Shown: one piece after another, positions 1 through 14,900 of the stretch
Numbering within the stretch: the stretch's first letter is position 1
Layout of the letters: every line of letters starts with the position of its first letter
The notes under the pieces: generated by a model
Told to the model about the DNA's origin: nothing
The model's database searches: none
The model's input: only the letters and a program-made list of their open reading frames with translations
Source: Paraspadella gotoi
Lineage: Eukaryota; Animalia; Chaetognatha
Assembly: GCA_051294375.1 (NCBI GenBank)
Contig: CM119268.1
Coordinates: 17,571,132-17,635,131 of the forward strand
Length of the DNA: 64,000 bases
Direction of reading: 5' to 3'
Made by a program: the position numbers and the translations under genes

Positions 1-114
1 TCCAAGGAGCGAGAGATTTTTATTCGCAGCGATGAAGATCGTCTTTCGAGAAACTCATAGCCCAACTATGCAAATGTCCCTGCATTAGCATTTCTTTGGG
101 ATTCCAACATTCGA

Positions 115-150
<36 letters not shown>

Positions 151-2812
151 NNNNNNNNNNNNNNNNNNNNNNNNNNNNNNNNNNNNNNNNNNNNNNNNNN
201 NNNNNNNNNNNNNNNNNNNNNNNNNNNNNNNNNNNNNNNNNNNNNNNNNNNNNNNNNNNNNNNNNNNNNNNNNNNNNNNNNNNNNNNNNNNNNNNNNNNN
301 NNNNNNNNNNNNNNNNNNNNNNNNNNNNNNNNNNNNNNNNNNNNNTCTTCCGTAAGATTTTTTGTCTTTATTTCCGTTATTTTTTGCTTTTTTGCTTTTT
401 CCTTCGAAAGTACTTTCTTAATTCCATCTAACCCATTTATATTTTGAGAACTAGTTTAAATTTTTTTTCTTCTCTTCACATTCTTTGTCCTCTTTTCACT
501 TTTTCTTCTCGCTCATCGTAACATCCCTTCTTCTTCATCTTTCTTCTTTTCCTTTTTCTTTCCTTTTTATTTCCTCTCTTTCCTCTTCACGGTCGAATTG
601 ATCGTAAAAGAGAAAATCTTGAAACCGCAGAATCACGAAATAACAGCTCGGAAAACCCTTAAACCAATTTCATCTACATCCGGTCCCCATTCTACATCAT
701 CTCTCTTCAAACCGATTCCATCTCTATTCTAAGGTTCTCCGATCTTTATTATTGAAATTTTACCCCAAATTCCTTAATTCCAATGTTTTTTTTTTCTAGT
801 TTAGTATGTACTTTTAACATCCACGTTGAGAAGCTGTGCAATGTGGATTTGATCGCTATGAAACGCCCACAAAACTAGTTTCAAAATTCCCCGTCCGAAC
901 CTCCTTGCTCTTCCATGCATAAAAAATCATAACCATCGCGAACACTTTTCTTTCCTCACCCCATCCTTCCCAACCCCACTTTTCNNNNNNNNNNNNNNNN
1001 NNNNNNNNNNNNNNNNNNNNNNNNNNNNNNNNNNNNNNNNNNNNNNNNNNNNNNNNNNNNNNNNNNNNNNNNNNNNNNNNNNNNNNNNNNNNNNNNNNNN
1101 NNNNNNNNNNNNNNNNNNNNNNNNNNNNNNNNNNNNNNNNNNNNNNNNNNNNNNNNNNNNNNNNNNNNNNNNNNNNNNNNNNTCCAAATAAAAAAAAAGG
1201 TAAATCACATCCGAAGTATTAAAATATGTCGTATTTAACCAAGTCTAATCGTTTATGGCGGCGATGGTGAAAAAAAAAGGGAGAGAGCTTGAGAGAGATG
1301 ACGGCGTCGCTTTGGAGACTTGAGATATTAAAAGTTTTTAAAATAATATTATCGGTTAACGATCATGACGCGAAACCTGGGAATTAAGTCGTAAAAAAAC
1401 ACAATGTCACTTGTTCAAAAGGTGTACATGTGAAGACGTCGTGTAAAATTCCTCGAGTCTGGAGGTCATTTTGCCACAGACAATGATCGAACGATCAAAA
1501 ACGTCTAGACAACAACAACGACCCCGGAGAAAACGACATTAATGACTCCACTCGGCCTAATTTATTTTAGGTCGAGTTTAAAAACAAGAATAGTTAAAAA
1601 TGAGTCGTGTTTTGTGCTCTAAGAAATAAAGGGAAACCCAAAATTGGAGCCGGACGAATATCGTGACAAACGGGTTTTCTCTTCAGACTAAATATTTCGA
1701 TTCAACTCTTGACTCATTTTTCTCTTCTTTTTTTTCCCCGCCTTTTTTTTTTTTTTTGCCTTCAAGGAAATGGCGCCGATTTACAAAATCTCTAGGAAAA
1801 AAAAAAGAATAAAAAGAAGAGAGAAACTGAAAAAAAAAGGGGGCCTCCTTTTCGGAAAGGCTCGGGGCGACTTTTATTAGCAATTAGCAATGTTTACAAA
1901 ACGGGGAGTTTCGGTTCTGCTTTCTGGCCCAATCTGGATCGCACTCCCTTCCTTGCTACAACCCAAGTCTTAACCCCCTTTCGTCACCTTTAACCATGAC
2001 CCATGGGGTTCTCCCTCTCTTTTTTTTTNNNNNNNNNNNNNNNNNNNNNNNNNNNNNNNNNNNNNNNNNNNNNNNNNNNNNNNNNNNNNNNNNNNNNNNN
2101 NNNNNNNNNNNNNNNNNNNNNNNNNNNNNNNNNNNNNNNNNNNNNNNNNNNNNNNNNNNNNNNNNNNNNNNNNNNTTCTTCCTTAGACGCCCAACGCTTC
2201 CAAGCTCGTACACCACTCGCTTACCGCTACCGATCTTGGCCAACCAACACTTGAGATCACAGCGCAGGAACTAAATGCCTCCTAGTTTCTCCTCGAGCGA
2301 CATCAATGAGATCGGAGTCANNNNNNNNNNNNNNNNNNNNNNNNNNNNNNNNNNNNNNNNNNNNNNNNNNNNNNNNNNNNNNNNNNNNNNNNNNNNNNNN
2401 NNNNNNNNNNNNNNNNNNNNNNNNNNNNNNNNNNNNNNNNNNNNNNNNNNNNNNNNNNNNNNNNNNNNNNNNNNNNNNNNNNNNNNNNNNNNNNNNNNNN
2501 NNNNNNNNNNNNNNNNNNNNNNNNNNNNNNNNNNNNNNNNNNNNNNNNNNNNNNNNNNNNNNNNNNNNNNNNNNNNNNNNNNNNNNNNNNNNNNNNNNNN
2601 NNNNNNNNNNNNNNNNNNNNNNNNNNNNNNNNNNNNNNNNNNNNNNNNNNNNNNNNNNNNNNNNNNNNNNNNNNNNNNNNNNNNNNNNNNNNNNNNNNNN
2701 ATATATATATATATATATATTATATTAATTAAAACAATATTTTTGAGCCTCGACATCAGACAAAAATCCTTCGTCGCCTACTTTTAATTCTTTTTTTCTC
2801 ACCTGGAATCAG

Positions 2813-4402
2813 ACTTTTGTCTCCTCCACCTCCAACCCGAAGACAACCACCCCTGCCACCCAAACAACAAACCATCGCCGACTTGAATAATCCATTATCC
2901 AATTCCGAGTTGCGCTGCGATTTCCTCAAAAGAAGGCGACAACACTACCAGGTGCGACCTCTTCTCTCTCCCCCTGGGGTTGAGGTGGGGAAATCGGGCA
3001 GGAGTGGGTGACAGGTGCTGGAGCGGCAAATGGAATGTTGTTAGGTAGGGAATAAGTGGAAGGAAAAGAGGATCTAGGGAACGGAGTGGCCAGGTTTAGT
3101 TGAAGGAACCGAGGCGATCATTTTGGAAGCTGGGTAGTGATACGCACAACGAGCTGGAGTCGGGATGAAAATATCGGATAGGACTTGCAAACAGAGCATT
3201 AAAATGAGAAAGGAAAAAAAAAACTGAAAAGCAGGTGCAGGAAAGTCGGGATTTCCGAAGAAGATTCCCATCAAGAGAAAAGTGAGGCCAAAAGGGAAAA
3301 TCTGGATGAACCAATGAAAAATTTGACAAGAAAAGTGAAGACTTATGGAAGAGAATCGCTTCTCGTAAAAGCGCGGGGGAAAATAAAAAAGGAAGAAAAA
3401 AAAAGGAAAATAAGAATAAAAAGGGGAACATTGGCGGGAAGTGGAGAAGAAAATAACAAATGACTTTTTAATCCCATGATACTTAACTGATGTTGTTTTC
3501 CATAAAAAATTTGAAGAGTCTTGGCCTCAGTAAATTACATTTTGTCTATAAAAATCTCTTAAATAAAATATCTTGGAAACTAAATTTTAAATGCCGTTAT
3601 TACTTGATGGGAAATTACTATGCTTTAACTAGCTTCTCTATTCTTTTCTAATCTCTACTATTCCCTTTATAATCTCCTCCATCGCCACTTTCATTCTATC
3701 CTATTCTTCTCTATTCTTTACTAATCTCCTCTATTTTCTCTCTATTCGCTTCTCCTCTCTTTCCTTTCTCTTCGTCTTGATGTAAAACATTCTTGCTTCC
3801 TCTGGTCTCACGCGGAAAAAAATGAAAGGGCGTCCGTCGACTGAATAACTACAAAAGACTGAGTCTTCATGTCATCTTCATTACACAATACAAAATTTAA
3901 CAATCGAAAAGCCTAGAGTGTTCATCAAATTTAAACAGTTCAATAGTAAACTCTATTTGTTATAAACAAGAACGGCAATCAGCTGCGTAGTTATCTCATT
4001 CTTTCTTTATTTGGTTGGCAGAACAAACTATTTTTTTTTCGTTTGATGTTTCTTCTTCCTTAAATTTTATTCTCTTAATATTTATAGACAAATTGAAAAA
4101 AAATCTTATTAAGTTTTTGAAGTGTGAGATTAACTAGTTTTTGACTTTGTTTTTATTAGTCTATTCCTAATTAACAATAATAATGCCAAGTCATTTACTT
4201 GGATACAACTCAATTAATTAATTTCAAGAGAAATTGAGGGACATTTTCATCACATGAACATCTGAAGTTTAATACTCACTCGAAGAACGTGATTAGAAAT
4301 AATAAAAGTGGAGAGCAGAAGAAGGTAAAATGTCGATAAATCTCTTCTCTCTGACTTCTTCTTCTTTCCCAACTCGCTTGGGCTTCTTGCTTCGGGACAT
4401 AT

Positions 4403-4436
<34 letters not shown>

Positions 4437-4568
4437 TCTCTCTCTCATCTCTCTTCTCTCTCTCTCTCTCTCTCTCCTTTCTTTCCTTTCTCCTAGTCTC
4501 AGCTGGATAACCAAGAATCCTTCGTAATTCGTCGCGTTAAATACTGCCTCCAACGCAAAATGTGCTGA
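2813..4568 (+). CDS. Candidate last two exons of an unidentified gene (2813-2951, 4497-4568)
   Basis: Exon 2813-2951 follows ATCAG, is open (LLSPPPPTRRQPPLPPKQQTIADLNNPLSNSELRCDFLKRRRQHYQ) and ends CAG|GTGCGA in phase 0. Exon 4497-4568 follows a strong pyrimidine tract plus TAG and reads SQLDNQESFVIRRVKYCLQRKMC*. No recognisable homology. Confidence 0.25.
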
Positions 4569-4650
4569 GCATAAAAAAAGTGATAACCTTAATTGATTTA
4601 TATGGCTAACTCTCTCTTCTCTCTCTTCCCTCTCTCTCTCTCCTCTCTCT

Positions 4651-4696
<46 letters not shown>

Positions 4697-5301
4697 TCTC
4701 TCTTCTCCCTTCTTCTCTCATCTCTCTCTCTCTCTCTCTCTTCTCTCTCATATAAACGGTGGTTGACAAACTTCAATGAAATATTTGCATATATTGTCTG
4801 TCACGAATATATATATCCTACCAGAAGTATTACGATAAACAAAAGTAATAATTTCTTTTATTTTAATCGAGGTAATTAATGATAACTTTAGACCTCGCAA
4901 ATTATTTAACGTAATAACTTAACGAACTTAAAGGTTAAACTACAAAATCATGAGCAGCCAAAAGAGTTATAGCATCGCCAAACAATGAGCGAAAGAAGAT
5001 TAAAAGAATATAAGGTAATAAAAAAATGTAGTACATTGTTAATTATTGAGTCATTCTCAAAACAATCATCCCGGGGGAGCAGTGGGTTGTGGGATTTGAG
5101 TTGAAAAAAAAAATACAAGCGTGGGCAGAGGCCGGTCTCCGATCCAGGCCCGTGATAAAAAATCATGCAAACATAAAGATACTACACAGTACACATAATA
5201 ATTTTTTACATACATCGTACATACATTCAAAAAGTAACCTTACGAAAAAACATAACTGAACATCTACATAATTGTTTCTCACAGTTTTGATATCGCAACG
5301 A

Positions 5302-6899
<1,598 letters not shown>

Positions 6900-8016
6900 T
6901 TAGAGAAGTTTACTCGTAGGAAAGTACGTAACTTTAAGATCGTTTAATTGACGCGTGTATAAAAAAAGAAGACGAAGAGCGAGCTAGTGAGAACCTTCAG
7001 TCGACAAAATACTTATATTTATTCACTTCTTGATGTTATTGCGAAAGATTTTAGAGGGTCATACGATAGTTTGAGAAATTGTCCAACTCGATTTCTCGAT
7101 TTGGACTGAAAAAAGGGAGAAATAAAAAAAGCTAATGCGGGCGGAATATATCTAATTACTTCATTGCGTTGACTGGGTTGGTTTTATTACCCGTCAAAAT
7201 TTTCGACCGCCAATTTTGGTTGACGGCGAATCGATAAGGGGTGGTCATAAACATGAGAAGTGTGCACGAATGATTTTTTTATTTAGTTTATATTAACTTA
7301 TGTTTTTGATTTTATATATTTACGTTTTAAATTTGATTTTTAACAAAAAATTGAAAATAAATATTTACACACTTAAAAAAAACCCAAAACTTAAACAAAA
7401 ATTATCATGGTCCAATTCTAACAAAAATATGAATAGAAAATAAATAGAAAATGAATAGAAAATGACAGAGGTACAAAATGACATAATGACGAGACTGTCC
7501 TCGGAACCATTTTCAAAAGGGTCGCTAAGTGACGCGACAACAACAAAAACCTTCCATTGCGATTGGTCTTGTTTACCAATGAATTGTTTGGGAAGAACTT
7601 TGTTCGTCGGTCTTCTTTCTTTTTTTCCTCTTTTGTTCCTTAGTTCAAAAACTTGGAATAGAAAGTTGACAAGTCGATTATTGAATATTGTTCGTAGCTT
7701 CTATTGAAAATCACAGGTGATTCCGGTTCGAGCTGAAGATACGTTTTTAACAAATTAACTTTTAATAACATTCATTTCATAATCATAGTTGATCTTTCAG
7801 CAAAAGTGGACGCAAATTCTAGATGTGAAATATGAAATGAAATACGAAATGAAAATGATTTTTGAGAATAGATGGGGTGAATAAACTTTCGCCACTGTAA
7901 AGTCGCCTCGCGTTTCTCCAGTTGTCTCGTTGGGTTTAAAACCCAATTTCGCCTCCACCCGTTCTTCACAAACAGAAAAAAAAAATCACAACGAAATCCC
8001 AACTTTATTTTTCGCA

Positions 8017-8969
8017 ATGAATTCGATCGGTATCTCCGTGGTCGTCGTCGTCGTCGTCTTTTTGTCGTCGTCGTTCGCGTCTGAAGAGACGCTGGAGAAG
8101 AGATGGACGTTGGACGAGTTAAAGCAGCAGGAGCAGGAAAAGAAATGGAGAGCCATGGAGTTGGGGTGAGTTAAGAGAAGAAATAGAAAGCAATGAAGCA
8201 TGGGTAAGTTGAAGCTGTGTGAGAGGAAGTAGAGAGCCTTGGGGCTGAGGTAAGTTTAAACAGATGAAGCCTGAGATGCATGGATGAGTTTGATGCTGGG
8301 ATTTCGAAAAAGGAGTGGGTGAATAACACAATATGAAACACTTTCCAAAAATAAATGGAGTTCATAAATAAAGTCGCAGAATCCGAAGTACAAAGCGAAT
8401 TATTGAACGATCAGACAAAAAAAAAAAAAAAAAAAATCGAAAAACCGGTTTCGTATTTTCCGATGAATTCCGGTTTTAAGTCCTGCTTCGCCTTTTAAAC
8501 TTTAATGTAATGACCTTATTTCACTTAGTAATTATAATAAGATTAAAATCCCGTGGAAAAACATTTGAACTCAAGAAATCAGGAGGATCAGAAAGTATTC
8601 TAATAAAGAATAAAAGAAAATATTTAATCTTTAATTATTTATATAACTTATTCTTTTCTTTAATTTTTCTTTCATCTCTTCTATTTCCCAGGTATCGCGG
8701 CGAAGGAGTGACGAAGCCACAGATCGAAGATCACTACGGAAAGAATTGGCGAATGGAGGATTTCCAGTTTTGCTACAAGGGAACCAGAGCCAACGGCGGG
8801 GGCGGCTCCTACATTGACCCTCACGTAAACAACATCACGAGTTCCCCCTCCCCCCAAGTCACCTCCCACGCCCTCGCTCGTCGCTCTTTCCTCTTTTCCC
8901 GGATTTTGTTTGTCGTTTTATGCAATTTTAAAGAGTTTTATGTGATCTCTCTCTCTTTCTCTTTCTATT

Positions 8970-9018
<49 letters not shown>

Positions 9019-9630
9019 CTTTGTATGTCTCGGTATGTGTCTCTTTTTCTCTATGTAAAATTTTATTTGGAGCAAAATAAGGGAATAAAAAATGGTCTTA
9101 CATTATCTAATAAAATATAAATTATAAAATAGAAGGAATAGCACGAATAGCAAGTTTCTCACTCTATGTCAGGCTCACAATTTTCTTTCAGGATTACAAG
9201 AAGAACTATTACTTCGACCTGTACACGTGTCGGCCAGGAAACACTTTCGATGAATGCACTACCAACTATGTTTCTTTCAAATATGGAGTGTGTGGATTTT
9301 GGGACGCTACCGCCTACGCCTGGTGTGAAACGTGAGTCATAATCGTCATTTTAAAGAAATTCTCGGGAAATAAAATTGAAAAAAGTCGTTCAAATTTCGC
9401 AATGCGTTTGCTTTCCTAACCGGCTAAAATCATATCCAAAGTTTCAAATATTCAATCAATGCAATTAATTCATATATTCCTCCCACAGAGGTCGAGGTAA
9501 GTGGCATTACTGTTGCACGGGTCCTTGCGGCAAACACGACGGCAAGACCTACGAATGGTGCTACACTGGAAAGAAGGGCGATACTTCGAACTGGAATTAC
9601 TGTGACTCTAGAATCACTCCTTCCGGTTAA
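8017..9630 (+). CDS. Secreted cysteine-rich protein, 187 aa, 4 exons: 8017-8165, 8692-8824, 9192-9331, 9489-9630
   Basis: GT-AG introns with compatible phases (2,0,2) give MNSIGISVVVVVVVFLSSSFASEETLEKRWTLDELKQQEQEKKWRAMELG|YRGEGVTKPQIEDHYGKNWRMEDFQFCYKGTRANGGGGSYIDPH|DYKKNYYFDLYTCRPGNTFDECTTNYVSFKYGVCGFWDATAYAWCET|GRGKWHYCCTGPCGKHDGKTYEWCYTGKKGDTSNWNYCDSRITPSG*. Hydrophobic signal peptide, 10 Cys, two internal WxYC modules, AATAAA downstream. Confidence 0.85.
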
Positions 9631-9671
9631 GAGCTCCTGTCATAACTCATGACTAGGAAATGTATCATGAA

Positions 9672-9677
9672 AATAAA
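9672..9677 (+). promoter_or_regulatory. Putative polyadenylation signal of the secreted-protein gene
   Basis: AATAAA about 40 nt after the TAA at 9628-9630; a second AATAAA lies near 9736. Confidence 0.45.
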
Positions 9678-9788
9678 AGTTATCAGTGCTAGTAATATTT
9701 GCTTTTTAAAATGAGTTTTTGTCTTTAAAAATGAAAATAAATGTTGAATTAACTACGTTATTGATTAAACTTTGATTGTCAGTTAAAT

Positions 9789-10290
9789 TTTTAGTCGGAT
9801 CTGCTTATAAGCAGATCCCGACTCTACTAATTCACTTTGTCGGTCCGTCGGTCCGCCCCCTCAAATTGTCGGGCACTAACTTATATCATGTCAGAACATC
9901 GAATTATTGATTAATTATGCAAAAAAAAATGATGTCCGTCCGTCCGTCGTCCGTCCGTCCGCCCGTCCGTCCCACCTTAGCAAAAAACACCAATTACTCA
10001 AGATTGGATTGATGGATTGGAATGAAATTTTGTGTGTTGGTAGGGAAGTGTGTGATTGAGCTGTATATGAAGTTTTGATGGAATCGTCCAAGTGGAAATG
10101 AGTTTAAATGGAAAAATAAAAAATAAATTTCACTATTTGAAACCATTACTCAAGAGTGGCGATTGACTTGAAATTTTGTATTTGCGTAGGAAAGTGTGTG
10201 ATTAAGCTGGAAATCAAGTTTCGATGGAATCGTTTGAGTGGAAATGAGTTTAAATGGAAAAAAAACAAAAAACCTGTTTCACTAATTGAT
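9789..10290 (+). mobile_element. Non-autonomous Helentron-associated (HINE/DINE-1-like) element, 5' part
   Basis: Starts in a T run, followed by a perfect 22-bp palindrome GGATCTGCTTATAAGCAGATCC (9797-9818), a (GTCC)n microsatellite (9934-9972), a GATTGGAATGAAATTTTGTGTG core and two tandem units of about 150 bp. This is the DINE-1/HINE architecture. Confidence 0.6.
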
Positions 10291-11949
10291 TATGCTTCTT
10301 TTCCTTTTATATTAAATGTAAATGAAGGATGTATTAGGCAGTGTCTACGAAAAGCCTTTGTCAAGAAATGAACTGAATCTCCTTATTATTCAAATATGAA
10401 TGCTAAATTTTTTATACTTTGGACTATATCACAAAGAGTGGCGAACAATGGCGTAAATAAAACCATTCTTTATAATTTGATACAGTAAAGATAGTTTTTA
10501 AGCAATTTCTATCTTCAAAAATCTTATCCATTTTTGTCCATTTTCAGTTTGGGATTAATTTTTAAAGTGAAGATCAAAAAAGAAAAAAATTTTACTTTAT
10601 TTTTCGGTTCGCCTTCATGTTCTTTTTACTGGGGTAGAAGCATTTTTGTTAATGATTCACCGTTTGTCTGCAATGAATTTTTTAAAATGGTTAGTCAAAA
10701 AATGGCATTTTTTCATTTCATCATTTTAAACTAACTGAACATTCTTTAAATTAATTGAAACTAATGCAAAATATTCCCCACATGATAAGGTAATTATATC
10801 TGTAATATAAAGAAATAAGCTTCATGCGTTTTCTTAAAAAAAAAATTTAAGATGTCTTTGGAATTTGTGATTTTTGTGATTGTAGTTTTTTTTCATTTCG
10901 ACTTTAGATTTATTTGTTTATAGTTTTTTATTAGTTGGACTAGTTATTATTCTTGTTAAATCTTAAAAACCGCATCATTTTGCGTTATCTAAAGCATCAG
11001 GACAATTTTTTAATCATTTTTTCCGCGTGTCGACACGATTTTGTGGAAAATTATTCCGCAAAATCTGTCGACTTTGAAAAAAAATAGCTATTTACGGATT
11101 ATTTGGAGCATAAACTAAAAAAAAATATGTTAAAAAAAGGTGACGAGAAAGAAAGAAAGAGAGAGAAGAAAGATTATGGGCAACATTGCGATACAGAAAG
11201 AAAGAAAGTAAAAAAAAGAGAAAGAAAGAGAGAAAGAAAGAGAGACAGAAAGAAAGAGAGAGAGAAAGAGAGAAACCAAAAGAGAGAAAAAAAGAGAAAA
11301 AGAGAAAAAAAAAGAGAGAATGAAGGAGAGAAAGAGAGAAAGAAAGAAAAGGAGAAAGAAAGAAAAAAAAGAATGAGAGACAGAAAGAAAGAAAGAAAGA
11401 GAGCAAGAGAGAGAGAGAGAGAGAGAGAAAGAAAGAAAGAATGAAAGAGAAAGAAAGTGAAGATAATAATGAGCTTAGTGATTGAGAGACTGCCCGTTGC
11501 CTGTCCATTCCACCGTCCTCCGATCATCCTCTCTCCTGTCTTATTTTGCTCTCATGATTCGGTCTCTCTGCCTCCATTTTAATTACTCTCTCAAGCCTAT
11601 CTCTCTCTGCTCTCTATCTATGTCGCATCACAAAGGCGGATTGCAATTTTAATTTCCCTCGAAAACTCCCTCTTTAGGGTTAAAAAAACAGAGAAAATCA
11701 AGAAATTCCTCAAATATATTACACTATCTACAACAATGGCGAGTCCTTTGATAACTGTCCATAACCTACTAAGAGAAAGACACTATACAACTGTCCAGCG
11801 TCAGACAGTGAGAGCCTGTCAGACCTCTGATATGAATACAACTGTACTTTTTTGGGCTAAAGCACGAGAGTAATTGGTGCATTCAGCCCTCTCTTTAAAG
11901 TATGGTACTTTATCAAAATCTCTCTCGTCGTGTCTCCACCTTCTTGTTC

Positions 11950-14900
11950 TTCTCTTACTCATCTCTCGCCTCTCGGAGACATCTTCGTCAATCTCCTCTT
12001 AATTCTCGAAGGTCCACTGTTTCGTCACTCTTCCGTCCTTTTTCCAATTCACGATTGTTTGTGTGAAAAATGATTTCGAACCGTTTGACTTTTTTCAATT
12101 CCTCTCTGCCGCTTTCAATGAGGGCTTGACTCGCATCACTATACTGATTTGTTTCAACATCTCCTCTACGTTGCCATCTAGGCAGATTCATACGGACCGT
12201 TTCACGTGGGAAAAGAACGTGAGGTTAAGTTGGAGAGGAGATGCCCACCAGGAGGAGAGGGAGGACCAAGAAGAGAGAGGACGAGAGTATTTTTCGAGAA
12301 GAAGAGTAGAGAGAGACGGAGCAAGAAGGAGCAGCAGACGACGAGAGAGAGAGAGAGACGGAGGAAGAAAGAAGGAGAGAGGAGAAAAAGAGAGAAGTCG
12401 GCAAGGCGTGGTTGTAGCGTCGCGTGGCGGAGGTCGTAACGAATACGGCCGAAGAGCGACGGCCTCTAAGCGACCGCGGGGTGGCATAGAGGTTTACTAG
12501 ACCATTTACGCAGCGTCTGAAGTACATCACGTCACGGTCGCCTGAGTAGTGTGACTCTGGTCCGTCGTGGTAAGCATGCGAATGCATTTTCGTAGCGCGT
12601 TTGCAGCATCAGATATCCCTTATTGCGTGTCCGATGGTTTTAGGGAAAGAAGAGGTGAGGAAGAGCAAGGAGTGAGAGAGGAAGAGGAGAGAAGATTGCG
12701 AGATCGACGGGTATTGGGCGGTGCGTAGGAGGTAAGACGAGAGAGAAAGGAAGAGAGAGTTAGATGAGTAAAGGAAGAGAGAGAGAGAGAGAGAGAGAGA
12801 GGAGGGAGGGTAAGGCAGGGAGTCATTAGATGGCGCGTCACCTCTCGGAAGGCGTGTGAGAGTGTTGTAGTGTCACAGCCCACCGACCGAAGAGAAGGGA
12901 GAGTAATAGGTGTGAAAAGTAAGCAGCCACAGACCGACAGACAGACTTACGTGACCGGAGTGGGAGACAAACCGGAAGGACAAACCAAGCGACAGTGACC
13001 CGATCAAATCCCGAGCAGGAGAATACTTCAACTAGAAAAGACAGACGACGACAGAAATCCAGAAAGAAAGGACAGACCCAGAACAGAAAGGGCACATAAA
13101 GATTTGGATCTCACGTGGTCAAGCGACAATTTCCGCTCGACATGAGTGTAGTCTGCTTTTTGGTCCTTCGAGATCCGCGATCAATCTTGGCGGCGCCTTT
13201 CGTACCGAGTTCAGATATCTAAGGGTAGATTAAACGGGGATTGATGAAGCATTATGTATGAATGGTGAATCAACGTCATGAGATGCGGGTGATCACGTCA
13301 TGTAATGAACGGGTGAGTCAACGTCATGTATGAGACGGGTGATCATTGATAAACGATAGGATGAACGAGTAGAATGATATTGTAAACTTAATGTGGTTGA
13401 ATTATGAATGACAGTGAATGATGAATGTCGAATGAAATATAGTAATGTTAACAATATAGCAAGGATATCGTCTGTTTTTTAACCATTATTTTATACTCTA
13501 CATTCGATTTTTTCAAAAATAAGGTTTTCTTTGTTTTTTTTTATCCAAACATTATTTTTTTTAATGTCCTTTCACAATCAATGAACAACTAAAAAAGATA
13601 TTAACAATATTTGTTTTAATCATTGACCAATTTTTATGCACACCTCGTTTTTATAAAATCCGTTTTTTTTTTTTTTTTTCTCTCACAACCCCTCTCCCCG
13701 TTCATCCCTTTCTTCCCTCCTTTTTCTTTACTTTGTCTCCCGTCCTGATCGTATTTGGTCGAAAACTGTTTTCGATCTCAAGTCCGAGGTAGCGCGCGCC
13801 TTAAGATCGTTTTAATTTAAAAAAAAAAAGAATTAAATTAGATTAAGTTTAAATAACACGAAAGTTAAAAATTAAATTAATTCGCCGGGTCGGATTTGAC
13901 GCGCAGTAGCGACGTCAAATCGAGTAAAATTTCAAATTTTCCCTTTTTTTTTTATTTTTTTTTTATACTTTTCAAGAGCGAATAATTAGATTCGGCTTTA
14001 ACCTTTTTTGAAAATTCATCTTTTTGTATTAGTTTATCCGTTAGATTTGATTTCTTTTTATTTCATTTTAAATTTAGTTCTTCGTTTCCACCTTCAATAT
14101 CCTTGCGCCAGGTTCGCGCAGTCGACGGGACGGTCGCCGTCGCCGTCCATTTGCGGTCGGCGCTCTGGAAAAAGAAGGGGGGGGGAGTAATTCGAACGAT
14201 CGTTATAGAAACATCAAAATCAGTCATCCAGTCAATCAATAAATTAAACATCAATCGAACGATATTCAGCAAATCACGTAGTTTTTTAAATCATCGAGTC
14301 GCATTTTACATTGCGACATTATTCACTCAATACATCAGTCAAATAAATCATCCATATTTAATCAACTCAAATAGTGTATTCTTCAAATCAAATCGAATAA
14401 TAAAAAATCATTCCAAAAATCAATATATTATTCATCCCTTTCAATCAATCAATCAAATACAAACATCAATTCAATATCAAGGCGATCGATCCATCAAGAA
14501 AACTGTGACAGAAAAAAATTCAAATCCCCCAATCAATCGCTACCTGGATCCGCTTCTGGATGTCTACGTTTGTCCCTCTTATCTTCCCAAGTTTATCCCT
14601 CATTTTTCCGTGACCGCGTTTGAATGTAGTCGCAGAGGATTTAAGATTTATAGGAAGTTTAGGATTTATAGAGATTTATATTCATAGTGATTTAGACTTA
14701 GAGAGGGTATTTAAATTAGAGAAATTTAGATTTTAAAGAATCTTTGATTGATTTACAAGTTTTAAGATTTTATAGAGACTCTAGATTTTTATATAGTGTT
14801 AGGAATTTAGGACAGAATTAGATATTTATAGAATTTAGCTTTAGATTTCATAGGATTTAGAAATATAAAGGATTTTATTGAGGTTTGATTTATAATTTAG

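Noticed and set aside
2184-2285. Cadherin-like TATDLGQPTL peptide
   Set aside because: Short motif, stops in all frames within about 100 nt, flanked by gaps.
11880-11920. Minus-strand DFDKVPY resembling the LINE RT motif AFDKVPH
   Set aside because: No other RT motifs nearby; probably PKD2 3' region.
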